From: Neocallimastix sp. 'constans'
Lineage: Eukaryota
NCBI GenBank assembly: GCA_050613775.1
Contig: JBODTK010000157.1
Coordinates: forward strand, 186,001-250,000
Reading direction: 5' to 3'
DNA: 64,000 bases
The translations under genes and the position numbers were made by a program. Within the stretch, counting starts at the first letter, position 1, and the number at the start of each line of letters is the position of its first letter. The notes beneath the pieces are model-generated. The model made no database searches. It was given only the letters and a program-made list of their open reading frames with translations, and was not told the DNA's origin. Shown here one piece after another: positions 53,864 to 64,000 of this stretch.

Positions 53864-56786
53864 ATGGATCCAGAAGATAATTATACGTATGAACTAGATG
53901 AAGCTGACGTAATAAACGATGATTTATCAAAATCTTTTCATTCTTCAAATTCCTCAATATCATTAACTGAATTAGCAAATGAATTGACAATAAGTAATAC
54001 ATGTGTTACGGATATTAATAGAATATCCAGACCCACTCAAACAACTGATAATGAATTTGCTGATATAAAGAATGTAGAAACTATATTTAAGAATTTAAAT
54101 AAAGTAAATCAATAGATATTATTCATTAAATATATTTAATGAAATTGTATATATATCAGTAATTTCATATTAACTTTTTTTTTTACTATTATATTATATT
54201 ATATTATATTATATTATATTATATATTATATTATATTATAATTATTATTGTTATTGTTTTTATTTATTATTATTTTATTTTTATACTTAATATAATAGAA
54301 TCTTAAAACAGTATATAATGAAATAAGACTTGGTTATAATAAAAAAGTTAATGATTCAGTACAAGAACTTCATAATACTATTATACAACAATTTCTTCAA
54401 ATTGAAAAATCGTATAAACAAAATTTAAGTACAATAAGACAAGCATATCATACAGAATTAGAAAATTTTAAAGCTCAATTTAAAAACGACCGAAATGTAA
54501 TTAATATCTTATTTTATAATTAATATTAATTAAATTAATTAAATATAATATATATATATATATCTAATATATATATTATATGAATATGAATATGAATATG
54601 GTATTATTGCACTAAATTTAATAAAAGGAAGAATTTAAAATTAAACGAGATAAACAATTTGTAAAAATTGAAAATGAAAAAAATTACTTTGCCAAAGAAA
54701 TTGATAGATTAAGGAAAATTATTAATAAACAAAATAATAATATTTTTAGATTAAAATATATTTTAGTACAAAAAAACCCCGGGAAAGTCAAAAGACTTTT
54801 TTCTGAAAAAAATGTAGAATTAAATGTAATATATAAAATAAAATATATATTATAATTATCATTTATTTTAATAATATTATATAATTTTTATTTTTACTAT
54901 AATCTATTTATTTAATTTTATTTTATTTTATTTTATTTTATTTTATTTTATTTTTTTATTTTTTTTTTTTTTTTATTACTATTACTACTTCTTTTATTAT
55001 TATTCAATTATTATTTCAATTATTATTATTTCAAATACTATTATTATTTCAAATATTATTATTTCAATATCATTATTTTAATTATTATTATTATTACTAT
55101 TATTTCAAATATTATTATTTCAATATCATTATTTTAATTATTATTATTATTATTATTATTTCAAATATTATTATTTCAATATTATTTTTAATATTATTAC
55201 TATTATGATTATTATTATAACTATTATGATTATTCTCTTATCTTCATCATCATTGTTATTACTTATTTCAGGACATTTTAGATCCTAAAGATATTCAACT
55301 CGAATCAGCAATGCAACATCTCCAGGTTGAAAATTTAAGAAAAGATAATGAAATTATAAATTTAAAAAAGAAGATGGCAAAACTAAAAAAAGAAATAAAT
55401 AAAATGGTCGAGAGTGAAACCGAATATATTGCAATAGAAAAGCATAAAAGAATTATTAAGGAATTAAAAGAAGATTATGAAATGAGTAGAAGCTCTTTGG
55501 AAAAGGAAAAAAATAAAGAAATTGATAGATTATTTGTAGAATCTAGAAAATTGAAATCAATTTATGAAGCTCAACTATTATCATTAAGAAAAATGCAAAA
55601 TAAAACTAATGTAAATCAAGTATTGGAAAGACAAAATAAAATTCTAGAACTATCAAGAATTTTTTTTCCTAGATTTAGGTGTCAGCAATCTACATTATCT
55701 TCAGGTCAAATTGATATGAAAGAAGAAAATATTAATAACATAGATATGCCAAATGACAATAGTAAAACTAATTTACTGGATGACTGTAAAGTAGAAAATC
55801 TAGAAAATATATCTTCATCTAAAAAAACTAGTAAAATCAATTTATTAAATGACGTCATATTAGAAAATATTTCTAATACAAGTATATCTAAAAAAAACAT
55901 TACAGCAAATGATGAAACAAGTTCAGACTTAACTAAAAAAAATTCCTTAATAAATACTAATAAATTAAATTATAAATCATGTATTGATATATATAAAAGG
56001 AATTCCCTAATAAATGACATAATAAATGACAGTAAAAGTACAATAAATGATAGTAAAAGTACAATAAATGATGATGTAATTTGTACGGATTTATCTAAAA
56101 AGAATTCCTTAATAAATACAAATAAATTAAATTATAAATCTAATATAGATATATATAAAAGGAATTCTATAATAAATAATAGTAAAAGTAAAGTAAATGA
56201 TAATATAACTAGTACGGATTTACCTAAAAAGAATTCTTTAATAAATACAAATAAATTAAATTATAAGTCTAATATAGATATATATAAAAAAAATCCAAAA
56301 ATAAATGAAAACAAATCAGATTGTAAATCTACTATAGATATATCTAAAATAAATAATATAATAATAAATGAAAATAAATCGGATTCAAAATCAAGTATAG
56401 ATATATCTAAAAAGAATAATCTAATAAATAGTACTGATTTATCAAGAAAAAATAGCATGAAAAATAATACCAAATTAAAATATAAATCTAGTATAGATGT
56501 ATATAATAAGAATACTGTAACAAATGATAATAGGTTTAAATATAAATCTAGTATAGATATTTATAAAAGAAATAGTATAATAAAAGATAAAAAAGAAGAT
56601 ATTAAATCTAGTATAGAATTATCAAAAAATAATGATTTAAAAAGCAAAAAAAATAATTCATCTAAAAATTCAAGTCAATCAAAAATGAAAAAAAATAATT
56701 CCATTTTATTCAGTAAAAATGAAGGAAGACGTATTAGACCGTTTTCAAGTTACTTCCCAAGTGAATATGTCAGGAAAAAAGAATAA
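53864..56786 (+). CDS. Coiled-coil protein with K/N/S-rich repetitive tail, possibly C10orf67/DUF4709-like. Exons 53864-54103, 54299-54496, 54628-54825, 55272-56786
   Basis: Three phase-0 GT-AG introns join the ORFs in frame. The segment TQTTDNEFADIK...YNKKVNDSVQELH...IEKSYKQNLSTIRQAY..EL recalls DUF4709 (weak recognition). The tail has repeated (N/K)YKSxIDIYK units. Confidence 0.7.
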
Positions 56787-56916
56787 ATAATTTAATAAAA
56801 TTATATAATAATTGTACAACTTTTATATATCAAATCAATTAAAAAAAAAATAAAATAAAATAAACTAATAAAAATATTTATTATAAATCAAAATTATTTA
56901 TGCATCTAATATAATT

Positions 56917-56960
<44 letters not shown>

Positions 56961-57455
56961 AGTAAAGAAAAATTCCTTTTTATATATATATTTAAATAAA
57001 GTTTTTAAAATTTAAGTTTTTTAAAATAATTTTTAAAGTAGAATTTTAATTGTAATAATATATTATATTATATTATATTGTTAAATGTTTTCTATATTAT
57101 TTTTGGTTTTTAATTATCTTTGAAGGATATAAAAAAATTAAGATAAAATTTTTTAATTAATTCAAAGTATGAAAATTAAAATATTAATTAAATTTAGAAT
57201 TCTTAAATTAAAATTTTTATATTTTATTAATTAAATTTTATTAACAAATGACTCTACATTTTTATATATTCACTCTTACTTCTTAATAATATATAAGAAA
57301 ACAATATTGTATATTATAAAAATAATTTTAGTTATTCTATTCTTTTTTTTTATTGTTATCATAAAGTATTACAAACTATTTCTTTAACTATCATTATTAT
57401 TTATTATTTATGTGTGAATAAAACTTGTAGTAAAGTAAAATTTAGAATAAAAAAA

Positions 57456-58466
57456 ATGGCATTTCTTTCGAAGGTACTTTATATTACTTTAAATATTACT
57501 TTAAATTTATTATATAACATGTTTATAACATATAAAATTTGTTAAAATAATGAAATATTGAAAATGTTATTTAATTAAACAGTTACTTTTTGATGGAGTG
57601 AGTGAAGTTAGTCAAGAATTACTTTCTCAAAAAATTACAGTTACAAAAACTCACGGCTCTTTAATAAAAATGCTAGTTTATGGTAAACTTGGAATAAATA
57701 ATTGAAAGATTTTTATTTCAAAGTAACAAATTATAATAAATTACTAAATTATTAAAAAAATTTATAATAATGATAGCATTGCTCATTAAAACACCATTGA
57801 CACAAACATATGAATATATATATAGACAATTGCTATTTATATATCCGAAAATGCCCATTATATTAAAAATGTTTATTGCAAATCTATTTTCTTCACCTCT
57901 TGGAAGCTTTGGTATTACTATTATGTTTATTATATAACAATATATATATATATATATATATTATTTTTATTTTTATTTTTATTTTATTTTTTGATGTTTT
58001 AATTTTTAATAAATGTACAATTAACAAAAAAAATTGAAATTAAAAAAAAAAAATATGTAAATACATTATTATATTTGTCATGTCAATTATAAGCTTATTA
58101 TTATGCTTTAGATTTATCTCTAAAACAAAAACCATATTTTGAAAAATATAAAAAGCTCTTTATATATACCTCATTTATAATACCCCCTTTATGTAAATAT
58201 TTTCATAGCTCTTAATTTTCCTTAATATTTTATATAAATAAATAATAAAAAAGGTATATATATATATAAATTAATTAATAATTATTTTATTATACTTTAA
58301 ATGAATATTGATAGTAAGATTTATAACGGAAAACACTGTACCGTATAAATATAGAAAAAAATTTGTATATGCTTTATTTCTAGCATATAATTTTTATATT
58401 AATTTACATTTTAAAAGAATTGAAGGTAATAAAATCCTTAAAATAATAAATAATAATCAACATTAA
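57456..58466 (+). CDS. Mpv17/PMP22-family small membrane protein (~168 aa), absent from the ORF track. Exons 57456-57473, 57583-57682, 57777-57911, 58094-58192, 58315-58466
   Basis: Four GT-AG introns splice in frame to MAFLSKLLFDGVSEVSQELLSQKI...SLIKMLVYALLIKTPL...ILKMFIANLFSSPLGSFAYY...TSFIIPPLLRFITENTVPYKYRKKFVYALFLAYNFYIN. This follows the Mpv17/PMP22 four-helix pattern, including the terminal VPxxYR...xNxY motif. Confidence 0.72.
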
Positions 58467-59126
58467 AAATATTCATTAAAGGATTATTCAAAGTCCTTGA
58501 AAATTTTTATGGAAAAATGATATAAATATTGCTCATTATATTATTTGGATAAATATTAAATTTTATAAGTAATATTAAATATAAAAATAAATAATGATAA
58601 TTCCTTATACAGTACTAATAGTTTAGAAATAAATTTTTTATAATAAAATCATTATATAAAACTCTAAAAAGTACAATTTAAAACTAGAACACTTTGATAA
58701 TAAAAAAATAAAGTTGTAATTATAATAATCAAACTCATAATCAAGCATTTCTTTTAGTAATATTTCGTCAATAAATTTTATTTAATAATAAATCATATTT
58801 AAATATTCATATTTCTAGTAATGGTATATTGATAACAGTATTAATAGAAAATTAATAATAATAATAAATTAATAAATAAATAAATAAATAATAATTTTAA
58901 TTTAAATAATATAAATGATAGCCTAAAAAATCATATTAATGATAAATTTAGTAATAATAATAAGAATATTAATAATATTTATCAGTATATTACATAAGTA
59001 ATCTTAATTGATTAAATATTGAACATTCGGATGATAAATATTAATACTTATTTTATAAAAATTAAAATATTCATGAAAATATTATAAGTATTAATAATTT
59101 TAACATCATTGAAATGCTAATATATA

Positions 59127-59437
<311 letters not shown>

Positions 59438-59725
59438 TAAAATTAAAAAATTATTATAAAAAATTAATAATGAAAACATATTTAATAAAAATTTTTATCA
59501 TCTTTATGTGCAAACATATTTAAAAGAGTAAGTAATATTATTCATTCATGCATTCATTCATTCATTCATTCATTTTTTTTTTTTTTTTAATATAGTAAAT
59601 AATTTGTTATATAATAATTTTTTTTTTTTTAATAAATAATTTATTATTTTTAATTATAAAAAAATTTAGAAAATTAATTAAATTTTTGTTATATATAATT
59701 TAAAAAAAAAAAAAGATCAATTCAA

Positions 59726-62218
59726 ATGAAATGTTGTAAAAAATTATCTATCAAGGACGTGGATGTTCAAAATAAAAGAGTTTTAATTAGGTAATAAATA
59801 CATTTTAATTTATTAATGTGATATATATGTAATATATGTATATATTTAAATAACATTTAATTCGAACTTTTAAATAATAGAGTTGATTATAATATTCCAA
59901 TGGATATTCAAGGATGTATATTAGATAATTCATTAATTATTGCTTCATTACCAACTATTCAGTATTGTTTAAAAAATAAAGCAAAGTCAATAGTATTAAT
60001 AAGTCATCTTGATGAACCAGGAGGAAAACCTCAACAAAATCTTTCATTAGGTCCTATTGCAAATGAATTAAATCGTTTATTAGGAAAAACCATTCAATTT
60101 TTACCAAATTGTGTTGGTTACGATGTTGAAAGAATCTGTAATATGGCAAAAGATGGTGATATAATATTACTAGAAAATTTAAAATTTCATCCTGAAGAAG
60201 ATCTCATAATAAGAAGAAGAATGAATCCAAAAGTGGTAATTAATTATTCACTTATTTTATTATATTCAATCTGTTCTTTATATTTATATTTCTACTATTT
60301 ATTTTATTTTATTTTATTCAATTTGTACTTTATATTTATATTTCTAATATTTATTTTATTTTATTCAATTTGTACTTTATATTTATATTTCTACTATTTA
60401 TTTTATTTTATTTTATTTTATATATGTAATTATTTATTAAACTTTTTTATCTAATTACTTCATTAATTTTGCTCATTTTTCATTTTTTTTTTACTTTAAA
60501 GCATTATAATGAAAATTTCAAAAAATATATAAATTCATTATCTAATTTAGGTGATATATATGTCAATGATGCTTATAGTTTATCACATCTTGAATATACG
60601 TATGTATAAATAAATATTTAATAATTAATATCTTCTATAGATATTAAAATAAGAAAAAAAATTATATATATATATATATATATTTTAATTATCAATAGTT
60701 CTATGCTTAAATTAAAAATACCTATAAAAGTATCGGGTTTGTTATTGAAACGTGAATTAGATGTTATATCTTTAACTCTTGATAATCCTAAATTGCCATT
60801 TGTTGCAATTATTGGAGGGTAATTAAGGAATATCAATATAATTATAACCTTAATATCTTATATTAAATACAGTATGCTGAATTTTTATTAACTATTTTTT
60901 TTTTTAGATTGGATTTAAAAGAAAACTGTGATTTAATATATAATTTATTGGAAAAAGTTAATATGCTTATTATCGTTGGTAATTTAGCTTTTGTTTTTAA
61001 ACATGTTTTAAATAACATTAAGGTAAAATAATAATAAATATTTTTAATTATATATGTAATATTAGCATTTTATATAATAATTTTAATTGATATATCAATA
61101 TATGAAAATAGATTGGTATGTCAGAATATGATGAAGTTTTAGTAAATTTTGTTAATGGTGTGATTGAAAAAGCTAGAAAATATAAAGTTGAATTGTTCTT
61201 CCCGATTGATTATATTATTGCAAATAAAATAAGTAAAGATTGTAAAGTCGGAATTACCAATGATAATCATGGAATACCAGGTATTTTAAATTTAAATATT
61301 ATATAGATTTATTTCAAATTATTATATTTAATAATTAATATTAATTATAAATATTTAATAAATATATACTTTTATATATATATATATTATTTTAAGATGG
61401 ATGGATTGGTGTAGATATAGGCCCTAAGAGTAATGTAATATTTAATAAAATAATACTTTCAGCAAAAACTATATTTTGGATGGGGTATATATAAAAATAT
61501 ATAAATTAAATAAATGAATAAATAAATAAATAAATGAATAAATAAATAAATAAATTAAAAATAACAAAAAATTAAAAATTTTAAAAAAAATAATTGAAAA
61601 TAAATATACATAATATATCAATAGAGTTGCGGGTTATCATGAAATTGATAAATTTTCAAAAGGAACAAGACATTTAATTGAATCTATTTCCGAATCTACA
61701 CTTCAAGGTGCAATATCTGTTGCTGCAGGCAAAGATACTGTAAAAGCAATTGCAAAATATAAAGCTCAAAATAAAATATGGTAATTAATAAAACAATTAT
61801 ATATATATATATATATTAATAGTATTTAAAACTATAAACAAAAAAACTATAAAAAAAAAAGATAGCAATAATAATAATTATACTTTTTATTAACTTTTTC
61901 TTAATATATATATATATATATAGTCACATATCTACTGGAAATTCAAAAACATTTGAAGTTAGTATTTTTAGTTTTATGATTTGAAATTCACAATAATGAA
62001 ATATTATTATTATTATTAATTATTATTATTATTATTACTATTATTATTATTATTATTAATTATTATTATTATTATTACTATTATTATTATTATTATTAAT
62101 TATTATTATTATTATTTTATTGTTACTAATATTAATATTTTTATAAATATAATTATTCTAATAGTTTATGGACTGTAACATGCTTCCAGGAGTTACGACC
62201 CTCTCTAATAAAATATAA
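59726..62218 (+). CDS. Phosphoglycerate-kinase-like protein, divergent and probably non-catalytic. Exons 59726-59790, 59881-60235, 60502-60599, 60699-60818, 60908-61022, 61112-61280, 61397-61484, 61625-61780, 61924-61957, 62165-62218
   Basis: KLSIKDVDVQNKRVLIRVDYNIP, SLPTIQY, LLENLKFHPEE, LGDIYVNDA, DIGPKS, HISTG and LPGVTTLS span the full PGK length. Nine GT-AG introns, with no frameshift or internal stop found. Confidence 0.9.
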
Positions 62219-62385
62219 GAATCTTAAAAAAAAATAAAAATAATAAAATAAAATAAGAATAAAAAAAAATAAAGCAATAATTTTATTAATTAAATGATTA
62301 TCTTAAAAAAAATATTAAATATATATTTAAAATTAACAATGTATATTGTGATTAATTAATACTATTCATATCTTATTATATAAAA

Positions 62386-62424
<39 letters not shown>

Positions 62425-62512
62425 TACAAAGATAATTACGTATATATGCAAAAATAAATATTTTTAAATTTAATGTATATTTGGTATACTTAATGATTAT
62501 GTTCATAATGAT

Positions 62513-62553
<41 letters not shown>

Positions 62554-64000
62554 TTATATTCCTTTTTTCATAAAGGTAGTAAAAAAGTAATAATAATATA
62601 TCTAAACTATAATAATTTTAATAATAAAATAAACTATTAAGAATATACATATACGTATTTTCAAAGTTCTATACTTTTCCAAAAATAACAAAACTCATTT
62701 TCATAATCTAATCCTATTATTTAAAATAAAATATTTACTAGATAATATTAACGATTTCAATTCTATTTTTAAAAATATTTATAATATCAAATCATATAAT
62801 ATAAATAAAAATCTATATTAAAATTACTGTATTATTAAAATTTTAAATAAATATTCTTATTCTTATGTATTATTGAATTATTTACATAATTATTTGTATT
62901 GTTAACAAAATAGGTTTTATAAATTAATTTTCATATATTAATGTTATTATTATTATTACTATTATTATTATTATTAATATTATTATTATTATTATTATAG
63001 TTATTATTATTATTATTATTATAGTTATTTATTTATTTATATATTTATTTTTTTATTAGCTAATTAATATTATATAAATTTATATTTTAATAAGTTGAAT
63101 ATACTGATATCAAATATAATTCAATGAAATTAATTCTTGGATTAACGATACTAATACAAATGATATTAATAATTCTTTGGGAATCATAATATATTATAGA
63201 CATATGAAATGTATTCGAAGATCGAATCCAACATATATACATATTATTATTATAATTATTATTATTACTATTATTACTATTATTACTATTATTATTATAC
63301 TTTCAGCATCATTTTACATAAATGCTGATGCAAATTATAATGATTTAGATAATTATAATAAATATTTATTTTTCATGAAACATGATATAAATTTTTGTTC
63401 AACGAATGAATTTCTATGTGGAAATTATATAAAAAATAATTCAAATAAATTTTATAGAATTTTTAAATATTCCTAATAACTTAATAGAAAAAGGAATTAA
63501 ACAAAGTAATAGTGCAGACAGTTTCATTGAAACAGGGAGTTTATATTCAATAAGTAAAAAGAAAATTTCACAATCTAATAATCAAATGTGTTATTAGTAA
63601 TAAGGATAAATATAAGACCTCAAATGACACTAAGGCAAAAAGAATTAAAATTAATAAATTTAATACCACAAATAAATTATTGAGAAATTATAGTAATATC
63701 TCTAATTACATTGATAATTCATTTAATAATGTATCAAATAATAATTGTTAATTCAAAATTAAGTATAGGTAGTATAAGAAATAATTCAAGTATAATAATT
63801 TATAATAGAGAGAGCGAAGAAAAAAATTACCAAAAATATAATATAAGAAAAATATATTATCCATTATTAAATTAAATCAAATACCTAATAATGATACTAA
63901 AAAAAATATAGTATATTTGTAATAACAATAATATTAATGATTATGACAAAATATAAGTTATCAAAGAAAATTATAATATCAAAATTATTATCAAATGATA

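Noticed and set aside
63060..64000. Asn-rich coding-like sequence at the right edge
   Set aside because: Frames are interrupted by stops, no consistent splice model or recognisable motif was found, and it is truncated by the window end.

Overview
Extremely AT-rich, intron-rich eukaryotic DNA. Composition and gene content suggest an anaerobic gut fungus (Neocallimastigomycota; inference). Hand-spliced genes, in order: calnexin (5' part, -); a head-to-head pair of secreted Agd3/CE18-like polysaccharide deacetylases; a ~13 kb satellite-rich gene-poor tract; an SLC10/SBF-family transporter; DPH7; SEC62; an LKB1/STK11-type kinase; a coiled-coil protein (possibly C10orf67/DUF4709-like); a five-exon Mpv17/PMP22-family gene absent from the ORF track; and an intact but catalytically degenerate PGK paralog. 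Main highlight: the LKB1 gene needs two consecutive AT-AC (U12-type) introns. One sits at the same codon and phase as the known AT-AC intron 2 of human STK11, and the other looks like the product of a local tandem duplication. Other highlights are a 443-bp tRNA-headed, highly structured SINE-like insertion with a perfect 15-bp target-site duplication, the pseudo-PGK, and an unassigned six-cysteine module on one deacetylase. Family assignments come from motif recognition by eye, not database searches.
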